A stretch of 64,000 nucleotides of DNA from the NCBI GenBank assembly GCA_014801075.1, contig JAAVEW010000020.1:94037-158036 (forward strand), read 5' to 3'. Both the position numbers and the translations under genes were made by a program. This stretch comes from Barnesiella sp. (GTDB lineage Bacteria; Bacteroidota; Bacteroidia; Bacteroidales; Muribaculaceae). The notes beneath the pieces are model-generated. The model was not told the origin of the DNA. It did not search any database and was given only the letters and a program-made list of their open reading frames with translations. This document shows positions 47,960-58,115 of this stretch, piece after piece. The number at the start of each line of letters is the position of its first letter. Position 1 is the stretch's first letter.

Positions 47960-49580
47960 GCCTACATACTTCAACCGCCCGCAGCTCACGGCACAGCTCA
48001 TCGGTGCCCGTACTACCGTAATTGTGGCCGGGCGCCGTACCGGAAAAACCGATTCTATTGCCGCTCCCTACGTGCTGAAAATGATGCAGCGCATGCCCGG
48101 CTCAACAGGCGGAATCGTTGTGCCCACGTTCAAACATGGCCTCACCAATACGCTTCCGGGACTCTTTGCTGCTTGGGAGCGCTGGGGGTTTAAACGAGGC
48201 GTCCATTACGTCGTTGGTCGCCGTCCCCCTAAATCGTTCGCCAAACCTATAACTGAGCCTCATGACTGGGAGCAGGTTATATCTTTCTATAACGGGTCGG
48301 TTGCAATCCTCCTTTCTCAGGACCGCACCGGCGCCGCCAACTCTCTCACGCTCTCATGGCTGCTCATCGACGAGGCTAAATTTATTGACCCCGTGCGTCT
48401 GCATGAGGAAACTTTCCCCGCCAATGGTGGAATCAAGACCCATTTCTCACGCCATTCATTCAATCATGCAGTCCTCATTCTTTCAGATATGCCGCAGAGT
48501 AAAAAGGGCTCATGGTTTCTCGAATACGAGAAAAAGATGAACCCCGAGATTATCCGTGCTATCGAGGCAGGCGTGTACGAAGTATGGAGACAGAAACAGA
48601 AAATCGTTGAACTGAGAAAGAAAGGTGTCGAGCCTCCATCTTATCTCCGCGGTTATCTGCGGCGCCTCGATGCTAACATCAATAAGTTGCGCTCTATCGC
48701 TACTTATTATCGTGAATACTCTTCAGTTGAGAACGTCGAGCTGCTTGGCGAACAGTACCTGCGAGATATGAAACGTGACCTGACGCCGCTTACCTTTCAA
48801 ACATCGATTATGTGTCAGAAAATCGGTATTGCCCGCGATGGTTTCTACTCCTCTATGAAGGAAGGGCATAAATATAATGCCAGTGATTTTGAATATCTTG
48901 ACAATCTCGGTTATGACTTTGTTCCCGAGGCAATGGATTGCCGGGCTGACCGCGACCTCGATCGCTTCCGGCCTATTTGCATAGGTATGGACTACAATGC
49001 TAATATCAACTGGATTGTAGCCGGACAGCCCGATGAATCAATCGGCCGATTAAACATCCTCAAATCCTTCTATGTCAAGTATGAGAGAAAACTCCCTGCC
49101 CTTATAGCCGATTTCTGCCAATATTATGCCCATCATAGGTGTAAGACGGTGGTGTTCTATTATGACACCACGGCTCTCGGCTCTAACTACGCCGTCAACA
49201 ATGTCGACTTCCGATATACCATCATCGAAGAGTTTAAGCGGCACGGTTGGTATGTCGTGGCAATCCCTTTGGGCAATCCGATGCATCATGAGGAAAAATA
49301 TCACCTAATCAATCATGGATTTGCCGGCAGAAACCGCCTTACTCCATATTTTAATCGACAGAATAACGATGACCTTATCCTCGCTATTCAGTCGGCCGGT
49401 GTGACTCGCGGTCGTAAAGGTTTTCACAAGGATAAATCCGGAGAAAAACTTGCCGAGACCGAGGACGATCGCCTTGAACTGCGTACCGATGGCACAGATG
49501 CCTTCGACACGCTGTATATCGGTTGTGAGAAATTCCCGCATTTTGGCGGTTCGTTCGTCGATGTGTCCGGTCTCATGTAG
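47934..49580 (+). CDS. Terminase large subunit
   Basis: Walker A VAGRRTGKT, Walker B LLIDEAK, nuclease IGMDYN and TDGTDAFD. Start at 47934 or 47940. Confidence 0.88.
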   Translation: MEMINPKAKPTYFNRPQLTAQLIGARTTVIVAGRRTGKTDSIAAPYVLKMMQRMPGSTGGIVVPTFKHGLTNTLPGLFAAWERWGFKRGVHYVVGRRPPKSFAKPITEPHDWEQVISFYNGSVAILLSQDRTGAANSLTLSWLLIDEAKFIDPVRLHEETFPANGGIKTHFSRHSFNHAVLILSDMPQSKKGSWFLEYEKKMNPEIIRAIEAGVYEVWRQKQKIVELRKKGVEPPSYLRGYLRRLDANINKLRSIATYYREYSSVENVELLGEQYLRDMKRDLTPLTFQTSIMCQKIGIARDGFYSSMKEGHKYNASDFEYLDNLGYDFVPEAMDCRADRDLDRFRPICIGMDYNANINWIVAGQPDESIGRLNILKSFYVKYERKLPALIADFCQYYAHHRCKTVVFYYDTTALGSNYAVNNVDFRYTIIEEFKRHGWYVVAIPLGNPMHHEEKYHLINHGFAGRNRLTPYFNRQNNDDLILAIQSAGVTRGRKGFHKDKSGEKLAETEDDRLELRTDGTDAFDTLYIGCEKFPHFGGSFVDVSGLM

Positions 49581-49588
49581 CTTTTTCT

Positions 49589-49623
49589 GTCTTTCTTTAA
49601 GCTCTGTCTCATTTATACTTTTG
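49589..49623 (+). promoter_or_regulatory. Putative phage late promoter 2 (lysis cassette)
   Basis: GTCTTT-N21-TACTTTTG. Confidence 0.6.
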
Positions 49624-49648
49624 TCAAAAATCAATATCACTCCTCCCA

Positions 49649-49855
49649 ATGAAAAAGTCCAGCATGCAAACACATCGCCATTTTCTCGGAATCTTTCTGA
49701 TTCTTGTGGCGATGGCTCTCATCCTTTACGATTTCTTTAGTCCGCCTGTTGGCGAACTTAGTAATGTAACTCTGATACTCTTCGCTAAGATAATTGCTCT
49801 CGCCGGTTCGCTGATGAACATAGATCTCAGGAAGAATTCCGACGATTCCATCTAA
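49649..49855 (+). CDS. Putative holin (2 TM)
   Basis: Two hydrophobic helices and a charged C-terminus, upstream of the amidase. Confidence 0.55.
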   Translation: MKKSSMQTHRHFLGIFLILVAMALILYDFFSPPVGELSNVTLILFAKIIALAGSLMNIDLRKNSDDSI

Positions 49856-49873
49856 TATTTCCTGTCTCTCCTT

Positions 49874-50080
49874 ATGAAAAAATTTGAAATACGCCTTGCA
49901 GAACAGCATCGACGCAATGCTCTGCATTTGAAAAATCTTACCGCATTCATTGAGAACCCCGAGCGCTTCAATAAACTCGCTCCTGAGGACCAACAGTTAA
50001 TTCAGACCCAACAGGCTCTTATGGCACGCCTTGATGATGTTCTGGAGCAACGTTTACGCAGACTTAATATTCCCGTATAA
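49874..50080 (+). CDS. Small helical phage protein (crAss001_48-like pattern)
   Basis: L.NL.AFI...F..L...Q.L...Q...M....VL..RL pattern. Confidence 0.55.
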   Translation: MKKFEIRLAEQHRRNALHLKNLTAFIENPERFNKLAPEDQQLIQTQQALMARLDDVLEQRLRRLNIPV

Positions 50081-50670
50081 TGCAGACACTCAAAACAGGC
50101 AGTCGCGGACAGGATGTCCGCACTCTCCAGTCAGCCCTCTCTTTACATGTCGATGGCATTTTCGGGCCTTTAACCGAGGAGGCGGTCAAATACTTCCAGG
50201 CTGAAAAGTCTCTGACCGTTGATGGCATCGTGGGTCCTAAGACATGGGCCGCTCTTGGTGTCAAGTCTCCGGGTCGCAACATATCAAAAATCATTCTTCA
50301 CTGTACCGCCACTCCCGAAGGGCGCGACTTCACAGTGGCCCGAATTAAGGAATGGCATCTGGCTCGAGGTTTCTCGGACATAGGCTATCATTATGTTATA
50401 TATCGTGATGGCTCTGTAAACGTCGGCCGTCCCGAAGCCGTGGCCGGAGCTCATTGCACCGGGCAAAATTCTTGCTCAATAGGTATTGCCTACGTAGGAG
50501 GTTGCGCAGCTGATGGTAAAACACCTAAAGATACGCGTACTTCCGAGCAAAAGTCAGCACTGCATAAGCTCGTCGCCGAGCTGCAGAAAAAATACCCCGG
50601 CGCCTCAATTCACTGTCACTACGAATTTGCCAATAAAGCTTGCCCCTCTTTCAAACTATGCGATTTTTAA
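50080..50670 (+). CDS. Endolysin: peptidoglycan-binding domain + N-acetylmuramoyl-L-alanine amidase (T7-lysozyme type)
   Basis: VDGIFGPLT/VDGIVGPKTW; IILHCTAT; DIGYHYVI; HYEFANKACPSF. Confidence 0.92.
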   Translation: MQTLKTGSRGQDVRTLQSALSLHVDGIFGPLTEEAVKYFQAEKSLTVDGIVGPKTWAALGVKSPGRNISKIILHCTATPEGRDFTVARIKEWHLARGFSDIGYHYVIYRDGSVNVGRPEAVAGAHCTGQNSCSIGIAYVGGCAADGKTPKDTRTSEQKSALHKLVAELQKKYPGASIHCHYEFANKACPSFKLCDF

Positions 50671-51140
50671 TATTCCTCTCTCTCTTGCTGCTGCTCTTAT
50701 CCTGTCGCAGCCATAAGGAGCTGCAGGTCGAATCGGTTGATGATGTCCGTGTCGAAAGGCAGATCCAAAATGACAGAGACTCTGTCTCTTTGATTTTTGA
50801 CCTTCTCCGTTCTTCCTCCGACATTCTCCTTTCCGGGCTTACCATTGACTTCTTTCCTCCTGATTCGCTCCATCCGGACATCCGAGCCGTTCCCAAGTCG
50901 ATACATATCGATAGCGCACGCGTGAGCGAATTGTCTGAACGGGCCACAGCTGCTACTGCCAACGTCTCGGATAAAGGGACTGAAAATCTCAAATCCGACT
51001 CCTCTTCCTCAAAAAAGGAAAATCAGCGTTCCGATATCCGGGCTTTCTCTCCTTCCGGATGGACAATATTCCTCCTTACTGTGGCAGCCATTCTGATAGC
51101 TGGCGTGTTTGTCTATTTAAAATTCTTCCGGAATCATTAA
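50658..51140 (+). CDS. Putative spanin-like lipoprotein (lipobox + C-terminal TM)
   Basis: MRFLIFLSLLLLLLSC and a C-terminal TM; follows the endolysin. Confidence 0.55.
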   Translation: MRFLIFLSLLLLLLSCRSHKELQVESVDDVRVERQIQNDRDSVSLIFDLLRSSSDILLSGLTIDFFPPDSLHPDIRAVPKSIHIDSARVSELSERATAATANVSDKGTENLKSDSSSSKKENQRSDIRAFSPSGWTIFLLTVAAILIAGVFVYLKFFRNH

Positions 51141-51184
51141 TGGCTGAACCTCTTTCTCCTCTCTCTTTGGTTCGCTCCTTACAG

Positions 51185-51217
51185 GTCGCCCCGTAATATT
51201 CGGGACGACCTTTTTTT
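51185..51217 (+). terminator. Terminator after the lysis cassette
   Basis: GGTCGCCCCG...CGGGACGACC hairpin followed by a T-run. Confidence 0.7.
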
Positions 51218-51459
51218 ATCCTAAAATGACTTTTTAGGGTAGTATTGGACCTCATTTAACGCTAAGATGAATCGTTTTTACCCTCAAAAATGACTTTTTT
51301 GGTAGCGGTTGACATATTTTAACAGTCACCCTTCGGGTCGGGCTTTCGTGAACCGAGCCTGTAGTCTCGGCCCTTCGGCTTCAATCCCTGACTCGGTCCC
51401 TCCCGACCTCTTTGTTCAGTGTTTTATTTGTCGTATCTTTGCAGAAATTTTAAGTCCCA

Positions 51460-51975
51460 ATGAAAAAAATATTACTTCTATTCACAATCATCATGTCGGC
51501 GTTTGGCTCACATGCTCAAAACTGCCTTTCCTCTGAAAATGTATCACTGGAAGGCAATCGAATTGTCTTACACGGTATAGTAAAGGTCGATTCCGCCTCG
51601 ATTTCAAATATTCATGACGGAATCGTTAAATGGATTTCATTAAATTACAATAACCCTCAGTCAGTTATAAAATCTGACTTACCGTCAATGGTAGTCATGG
51701 AAGGATTTATCCCTACCACGGGTTTTGAACATATCGCACGTGTCGTTTTTGAGATAAAAGAGAATAGATATCGCTGGTCTATTGATAATATTCTTTTTTA
51801 TAGCGAAACACTTGCAAGGTATGGAGGTCAATTAAAAACAGAGGTTGAAACCCAGCCATGGTATATAAATGCAGAAGGTATGGATAGAATTAACGAAATT
51901 ATTAAGAGATATTCATCGGCACCTTGCTCTATGATTGAGGGTATAAATCAACAGATATTAGATTCGGACTGGTAG
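51460..51975 (+). CDS. Moron secreted protein (DUF4468-like)
   Basis: Signal peptide; WISLNYNNPQSVIKSD and FEIKENRYR; AT-rich; promoter TTTG (51411)-N19-TATCTTTG (51434). Confidence 0.65.
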   Translation: MKKILLLFTIIMSAFGSHAQNCLSSENVSLEGNRIVLHGIVKVDSASISNIHDGIVKWISLNYNNPQSVIKSDLPSMVVMEGFIPTTGFEHIARVVFEIKENRYRWSIDNILFYSETLARYGGQLKTEVETQPWYINAEGMDRINEIIKRYSSAPCSMIEGINQQILDSDW

Positions 51976-51990
51976 AAAATAACCTCAAAG

Positions 51991-52238
51991 TTTGGCCATG
52001 TACTCTTTTTGTAGTATATTTGCAGTGCCAACTAAAACGAGACGCAAGTCTACCGATGAGCCACGGTTAACGGCTCGAACATCCTTCGGGCATTTTTTAT
52101 GCCCTTACATAAACGGCTACGGCTGTCATATCCTTACAATTTTTGCTCTTCGGAGACAAGTCTTGTTTTAGTTTGGCGACGGGATATGGCAGCCGTTTTT
52201 TTCTCTGCCTGTAATGCCAAACTAAAACAAGCACTATG
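51991..52238 (+). ncRNA. c4/CI-like antisense-switch leader, copy 2
   Basis: Promoter 51991-52022; A1 52027-52043, A' 52160-52177, A2 52216-52231; stem 52119-52133/52182-52196 plus T-run; ATG at 52236. Confidence 0.65.
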
Positions 52239-52625
52239 AACGAATTTGAAAAACGAATGAATGCGCTTTGCCGCCAGTACAGAGCCGAGCGCGCCCAAAT
52301 CACCAAGGACACATACCGCCACATCGGACACATCAACAACGCCATCTCGCAGTCCGAGTACCCGGAAGTCCGTGAAGCTCTACGCGCTGAGAAAGAACGC
52401 CTCTACGAGGCAATGCGCACCTCACACAAGTACAACCGCGTCTGCTACCGTCAGCAGCTCGAAATGCTTGAGGAGGAGTACCTGCTCTATCGCGAAAACA
52501 ATCCCTCCGGCCGTCAGCTGCGCCGCATGATGGCGCTCCTGTGCGATTCTGCCGAGACCAAAGGCGAGAAAACGCTGAAAATAGCTTTCGGTGACAACCG
52601 GCACGCAGAGATATCCTTCAGCTGA
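52236..52625 (+). CDS. Helical hypothetical protein under leader copy 2
   Basis: 129 aa; host-like high-GC codon use. Confidence 0.7.
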   Translation: MNEFEKRMNALCRQYRAERAQITKDTYRHIGHINNAISQSEYPEVREALRAEKERLYEAMRTSHKYNRVCYRQQLEMLEEEYLLYRENNPSGRQLRRMMALLCDSAETKGEKTLKIAFGDNRHAEISFS

Positions 52626-52690
52626 GAAATAATTTTGAGCCATTAACCAACTTCAGGAAACAGGGTGCGTCGCGAGGACTCGCCCTGTTT

Positions 52691-52725
52691 GTCTTTTTCT
52701 ATCGCCTTTATATCTGATACTTTTG
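52691..52725 (+). promoter_or_regulatory. Putative phage late promoter 3
   Basis: GTCTTT-N21-TACTTTTG, just after the hairpin at 52658-52690. Confidence 0.6.
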
Positions 52726-52729
52726 TCTT

Positions 52730-53794
52730 ATGGCAACTACGTTTATAAATGCTCCGCTAAATAACCGCCCCGTACTTACTTCGGCGTTTTACTCTCTTCG
52801 CGCTACCACTGACAGCCCCAAAGTGAGGGTGGAGGTGATACGTGACCCCGCCGGGGAGAGCGACGCGATGTTCTCTACGGAACTGTACCCGTCAGGCAAT
52901 ATTGTCGAGTTCTCCGATATAGGCTCCCTGATTGAGACTCATTTTCGAGAGAAAGGCATTATCTGGGATACTGTCGAGATTCGTTTTAACGAAGCATCGA
53001 TAGCTTTCACCGTGCTGTATTGTGATTTTATTCTTGACCCCGATTTCGATGGAACTGAAACATTCCTATGCGCATCGGGTGTCTCTGAGGTACATCGCAA
53101 TTCGGCCATCTCCCTTGCTCACTGGGACCATGACACCGACGAATACCGTATCCAGATTGTTGGCCTTGACAGTCAACATAAAACGGCTGTGGTTGAACGT
53201 ACCGTTCGGCATAAGAAGAATTCTTACGAAATCTCCTTCTCGGTGAACCAAATTATAGCAATGGCTTGTGATGCGGAATATGGAGATTGTCTTGACACAG
53301 TCTCTTACTTCGCCATTTCATACGCGTCGATGCGCAAAATCTTTCACCTCGTCGAACACCCGTTTTTCCTTACGTTCTGCTTCCGTAATATGTTTAATGC
53401 CACGGAATATGTAGATGTGGTGGGTACTGTGATACGTAAAACGGCCGTTGACTCCGAGTCTGCGTTTTGTGGCGGGAATATTCTTCAATACAATCAAGCG
53501 GTGACCCGAACCTACGAAATGTCAACCGCACCGCTGACCGATGACCAGGTCAGAGAACTCGAACAGCTCGTTTGCTCACGAAGCATAAAATTGTGTGCCG
53601 GAGATTACGAATATGATGTTGTGATTTCGGACCTGTCAGCGGAAATTGACAACAACGATGAAGGCCTCAATGCGATGAAATTCACCTTTCGATTCGTAAA
53701 TAAACGCCCGCTTTTGGTCTCTTCGGAGATAAAGGCGTTGATGCCTTCTGACTCTCATATATTCTCAAATCAATTTACGCCTGAGTTCGCATGA
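52730..53794 (+). CDS. Putative virion structural protein
   Basis: 354 aa beta-rich ORF in the late region. Confidence 0.65.
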   Translation: MATTFINAPLNNRPVLTSAFYSLRATTDSPKVRVEVIRDPAGESDAMFSTELYPSGNIVEFSDIGSLIETHFREKGIIWDTVEIRFNEASIAFTVLYCDFILDPDFDGTETFLCASGVSEVHRNSAISLAHWDHDTDEYRIQIVGLDSQHKTAVVERTVRHKKNSYEISFSVNQIIAMACDAEYGDCLDTVSYFAISYASMRKIFHLVEHPFFLTFCFRNMFNATEYVDVVGTVIRKTAVDSESAFCGGNILQYNQAVTRTYEMSTAPLTDDQVRELEQLVCSRSIKLCAGDYEYDVVISDLSAEIDNNDEGLNAMKFTFRFVNKRPLLVSSEIKALMPSDSHIFSNQFTPEFA

Positions 53795-54024
53795 AAAAAG
53801 CTATACATATTTCGCAAGCTCTCGCTATGCTCAATCATGGTGAACGCGTCAACCTTATTGTTGTCTCATCCAAAGGGAAACTGCTGTTCTTTGACGATGT
53901 CATATCGCTGAGTTACGATACTTATAAGGGTACTCGGTCTATCAAATTCGTGCGCTCCGGACAAATACGCACTATCCATGATGTATGTATTGTGGGTATA
54001 AATGATTTCGAGGTCTTTCTCTGA
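53791..54024 (+). CDS. Small hypothetical phage protein
   Basis: ATGA overlap; precedes the portal. Confidence 0.65.
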   Translation: MKKAIHISQALAMLNHGERVNLIVVSSKGKLLFFDDVISLSYDTYKGTRSIKFVRSGQIRTIHDVCIVGINDFEVFL

Positions 54025-54070
54025 TTAATTTTCTCTCCTACGTTTGTCAATTGTTAAACTCTCTCTCCAA

Positions 54071-55459
54071 ATGCCAAAGAAAAAAACAGCTCCGTATTTC
54101 TATTCTCCCTCAAACGCCCTCGATATATTGTCCATTCATGATGTACCAATGTCAAATGTCAGGGCGGCTATTGTCACGAAAACTGAATCCGTCTTTCGTG
54201 AGACTAATACCATATCATGCCTTAAAACGCCCAAAGGCGATATCGCGTATGTTCCGTGGGGCGCCGATGACGAGTTGCCATATAAGCTGATAAATCTTAT
54301 TGAGGAAGACGAAACCCTCTCGACTTGTCAGATATTCAACGCGGAAGTTTGCTATGGAAGCGGCCTTAAGTATTGTACTGAGGGCGCGTCTCTCGTAGTG
54401 AAAAATGAAGTCGACGATTTCCTCATGGACAATCCGATGCCCGACTACTTCCTCGGCGTTTGCCAGGATTTGAAATACTTTAATTTTTCTATCTCGGTAA
54501 TAATCCTCAATGAGGATGGTGATAAAATTGTTGAACTACACCGTAAACCTGCATGTTATTGCCGTTTCTGTCCGGCAGACAAGAAAACAGGCAAGATTAC
54601 CAAGGTCATTTTTGCCCCTTTCCGTTCCCTTACCGCTAATGACTCTGTAGAGGTTATTGACTTGCTTGACCCTCGTTCTCCATGGAAAGACCTTCAGCAG
54701 CGCATGGGCCTGCGTGCCTCCAAAGCTAATCCCGATAAGGGCAATATACCCAAAGTTCGTAAGTTCGCAATATTATCGCGATTCCCGGGCGTCGATTCAA
54801 TGTATTATCCTATTCCTCATTATGCAGCGCTCTTCAAAGGCCACTGGTATAACATAAAGCGGCTTATCGGCGAAGCGAAGATGTCAAAATTGAAGAATGC
54901 TGCTCCCATAAAATATGTCATAGAGGTCTCCCCGCGATACTGGGATAACCTTTTCGCCAGTCGGCATACTGTCTCGCAGGAGGAACGGCAGAAACTGATT
55001 AATGAGAAAAAACAGGAAATGCTGCAGTTCCTTACCAGCGTTGAAAATACCGGTTCGGTCTTGTTCACCCCTAAAAGTATATCACTCGATGGAAAAGGAG
55101 AATCTCCCGACATTACAGTCACATCCATCGATAGCAAGACCAAAGAGGGAGGTGACTGGGAGAGCGATATTGCGGAAGCTGTGAACATGGTATGCTTTAC
55201 AATGCGTGTTCATTCCAACCTCGTTGGCTCGGTGCCCGGAAAAGCTCAGACGAACAACTCCGGCTCAGATAAACGCGAACTGTACACAATCGCCCAGGCT
55301 TTGCAGAAGCCCTATCACGATATACTCTTTCTCGTACATCAAATCATAATCAAGTTCAATAAATGGAATGGCGTACATGTCGATTGTCCTTTCATTCAGC
55401 TGACAACTCTTGACGAACATTCCGATGCAAAAGAAGTATCAACAGAAAATAAAAATTAA
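54071..55459 (+). CDS. Putative portal protein
   Basis: About 460 aa; YVPWGADDELP...YYPIPHY...NNSGSDKRE pattern recalled from Bacteroidales prophage portals; start set at MPKKK. Confidence 0.7.
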   Translation: MPKKKTAPYFYSPSNALDILSIHDVPMSNVRAAIVTKTESVFRETNTISCLKTPKGDIAYVPWGADDELPYKLINLIEEDETLSTCQIFNAEVCYGSGLKYCTEGASLVVKNEVDDFLMDNPMPDYFLGVCQDLKYFNFSISVIILNEDGDKIVELHRKPACYCRFCPADKKTGKITKVIFAPFRSLTANDSVEVIDLLDPRSPWKDLQQRMGLRASKANPDKGNIPKVRKFAILSRFPGVDSMYYPIPHYAALFKGHWYNIKRLIGEAKMSKLKNAAPIKYVIEVSPRYWDNLFASRHTVSQEERQKLINEKKQEMLQFLTSVENTGSVLFTPKSISLDGKGESPDITVTSIDSKTKEGGDWESDIAEAVNMVCFTMRVHSNLVGSVPGKAQTNNSGSDKRELYTIAQALQKPYHDILFLVHQIIIKFNKWNGVHVDCPFIQLTTLDEHSDAKEVSTENKN

Positions 55460-55463
55460 TATA

Positions 55464-56297
55464 ATGGAACTAAACATAGACAATTCCCGACTTTTGGCCT
55501 TGATACCGAATGTCATCCATACTGTGACTAATGAGACAACACTTTACGACAAGTTACAACCATGGTTGTCATCAGCTAAATCATGGTTGGAATCGAATAT
55601 TCTTGGTAGCTATCAACCCGAAGGCCCTCTTGCCTTATTGGCTGAAAAGATTGTAGTGTACCGTGCGTTTGCTGACGCTGCTCCTTCTCTCGATTTATTG
55701 CTCAGTCCTGCCGGATTCTCAGTAATAGATACCGAGGGACGTGCCCCGGCCTCTAAGGAGCGTGTCGAACGTCTTATCAATGCTCTCAACTCTTTCGTCG
55801 ATGCTAACCTCGCAGCTCTTCTCCTTGAACTCCATAAGAAAAAAGAGTGGGCCGATTCATCGGAAGGCTCTTGGTTTCAAGATTCGTTCCTTCCTGATTT
55901 TACACACGTATCCCGATTCCGCGGCGACCGCAATCTCCTGCAAGCATATCGTATCATGCGGGAAGCGGCCAAGCATTTTGAGCAGCTTGTCGCCGAGCGC
56001 TATCTCGGTCATGAGTTCCTTGCATACGTTCGTAATACCTATCCGGCTTTCACGGATAACGGGGCGAGAGAAATCTATGAGATGATTCAGTCGGCCGAAC
56101 TCAAATATATTTCCGCCCGTCTCATTGACAAAAAAAATATGGGGCCGGATTCTCATTTTATTTGGCATCTTGTCCGTCATATTATCGCTCAGCTCAATTA
56201 TTGGCCGGAGTTGAAAAACAGATGGTCGCAGGAAATGAGCGATACATTCAATGTTGAACCTTTCAAAAATACCGTTAAGGGCGGTTTTTACTTCTAA
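55464..56297 (+). CDS. Putative head-tail connector (DUF6712-like)
   Basis: Follows the portal; DLLLSPAGFSVI...APASKERV. Confidence 0.5.
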   Translation: MELNIDNSRLLALIPNVIHTVTNETTLYDKLQPWLSSAKSWLESNILGSYQPEGPLALLAEKIVVYRAFADAAPSLDLLLSPAGFSVIDTEGRAPASKERVERLINALNSFVDANLAALLLELHKKKEWADSSEGSWFQDSFLPDFTHVSRFRGDRNLLQAYRIMREAAKHFEQLVAERYLGHEFLAYVRNTYPAFTDNGAREIYEMIQSAELKYISARLIDKKNMGPDSHFIWHLVRHIIAQLNYWPELKNRWSQEMSDTFNVEPFKNTVKGGFYF

Positions 56298-57091
56298 TGG
56301 CTGACGTTATTAATATATCTCTCCCCAAGACTTGGGGAGAATTGTCTCAGCAGCAGCTGCGGTTCCTCCTGTCTGTTATGGTGGCCGTTAATGCCGCCAA
56401 CCGTAATGTCAGTTTCCGCTCTCGGGAGGACTACGCTGCTCAGACTGCGGCGCAGGTGCAGACAATCTGTTTATTCAAATGGTCGGGCATGACCGTTATT
56501 TGTCCCTACGGTAACGGATACCTCGTAAAATTTGCCGATAAGGAGTTTGAACTGTCTGCAGAGATAATCGCCTCGGCTATTACTCACCTGTCATGGACTG
56601 CGGAACTGCCTCACGAACCTGTCAGACTTGATGTCGTCGATGGCTCGGAGGCTATCCCTGCCGATATTTCTGCCGGCCTTTCTTTTGATGGCTGGCTTGC
56701 CTGCGAAACCCTTTGGCTACGATATCAGCTCAGCCCCGATGATGCCTTACTTCATCAGATGGCCGAAATTCTATATAATAAAGCCGGTATCAAACTGAGA
56801 GAGGACGAAACTCTCGGCGTTTTCTACTGGTGGGCCGGTGTTAAACATCTCGTATCCGAGATGTTCCCAAACTTCTTTAAACCCTCCGGCGATAACTCTG
56901 ATGACAGCACATCTGTTTCTTACGATGATATGCGCCGTAATATTGATGCTCAGATAAGGGCTCTCACCAAAGGTGACGTTACCAAAGAACGTGAAATCCT
57001 CTCGCTCAATGCTATTCGTGCCCTCACTGAGCTTGACGCACAAGCTCGTGAGTATGACGACCTGCAGCGACGGTTCCCATCAAACCACTAA
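56297..57091 (+). CDS. Hypothetical phage neck/tail protein
   Basis: 264 aa; overlapping start. Confidence 0.65.
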   Translation: MADVINISLPKTWGELSQQQLRFLLSVMVAVNAANRNVSFRSREDYAAQTAAQVQTICLFKWSGMTVICPYGNGYLVKFADKEFELSAEIIASAITHLSWTAELPHEPVRLDVVDGSEAIPADISAGLSFDGWLACETLWLRYQLSPDDALLHQMAEILYNKAGIKLREDETLGVFYWWAGVKHLVSEMFPNFFKPSGDNSDDSTSVSYDDMRRNIDAQIRALTKGDVTKEREILSLNAIRALTELDAQAREYDDLQRRFPSNH

Positions 57092-57109
57092 CCTTAACCT
57101 CTCCCTATA

Positions 57110-57622
57110 ATGAATGACTCTAATTTCAATTGGGACGCCTCCTCATTCTTTGAACGCCTCACCAAGAATAATCGCTTCGCCAAAGAAAATGGCTATGTAT
57201 TCGAGAAGGTGTCATCCCTCGAGGGATTTCATGGGGCGTTGGACTCCATGACAACAACGACAGCCATTGTGGCTGTCAGTGACACCTCTAATGGGGGGCT
57301 CGACCTCGAGAACACACCTCACACCCGAAGAGTGAAAACGGTATTTCTTGCCAAACGTCATGCCGTCGACAACATGACGGACCGTGAGGAGTGCATGGAT
57401 AATATGCGTGAACTCTTCCGCCAGTTTATGTCCGTGCTTATCCTCGAGAAAATACGGCTTGAAGAGCACAATATCATTATCGACCCTCGTATCTCATTCA
57501 CGGAAATTGACAGGTATTTCTTTACAGGATGTGCTTGTGCCTACTTCCAGATTGCAATTGACACTTATACTGACCTAACTTATAATCCTGACGAATGGCT
57601 GAACTCGGAACTGATGCAATAG
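57110..57622 (+). CDS. Hypothetical phage tail-completion-like protein
   Basis: 170 aa. Confidence 0.6.
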   Translation: MNDSNFNWDASSFFERLTKNNRFAKENGYVFEKVSSLEGFHGALDSMTTTTAIVAVSDTSNGGLDLENTPHTRRVKTVFLAKRHAVDNMTDREECMDNMRELFRQFMSVLILEKIRLEEHNIIIDPRISFTEIDRYFFTGCACAYFQIAIDTYTDLTYNPDEWLNSELMQ

Positions 57623-58062
57623 ATAAGAGGCAAAAGTTTGTCGAAGCTTGGAATAAAACCATGATTGACATCTGGACCGAACGTATAAGTAAGTTAAAAG
57701 TATTCGACACCGGAACTCTGTGGCGCTCGCCTGTAAAGTTACCCGTAAGAGCTGACGGCAGATTCTATGATATTACTTTAACGCAGAGCTTTTTGGAATA
57801 CGGAATCTGGCAAGATCTCGGAGTCGGGCGCGAACTTCGCCATGGAGAATATGAGCGCAACCAAAATCATATTGAGAAACATGGGCGAAAACGAGAGCCT
57901 CGCCCTTGGTTCTCGACCAAGTATTACTCCTCAGTAATGAATCTTCGCGATTTTATGGCCGACTCGCTGGGCGATGAGTTCAAATCAATGTTCTGCGCGG
58001 CTCTTGATATCGACAACATCCGCGCCAATACGGATTACTATAAGAAACGAAACTACCGATAA
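57595..58062 (+). CDS. Hypothetical phage protein
   Basis: 155 aa; DTGTL and REPRPWF motifs resemble neck/minor-capsid types. Confidence 0.6.
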   Translation: MAELGTDAIDKRQKFVEAWNKTMIDIWTERISKLKVFDTGTLWRSPVKLPVRADGRFYDITLTQSFLEYGIWQDLGVGRELRHGEYERNQNHIEKHGRKREPRPWFSTKYYSSVMNLRDFMADSLGDEFKSMFCAALDIDNIRANTDYYKKRNYR

Positions 58063-58064
58063 CT

Positions 58065-58099
58065 GTCTTTCAACACTGACCCTTAGGTCTGTATTTTCA
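58065..58099 (+). promoter_or_regulatory. Putative phage late promoter 4 (variant -7 box)
   Basis: GTCTTT-N21-TATTTTCA. Confidence 0.45.
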
Positions 58100-58115
58100 C
58101 CGCAAATATTAAACT

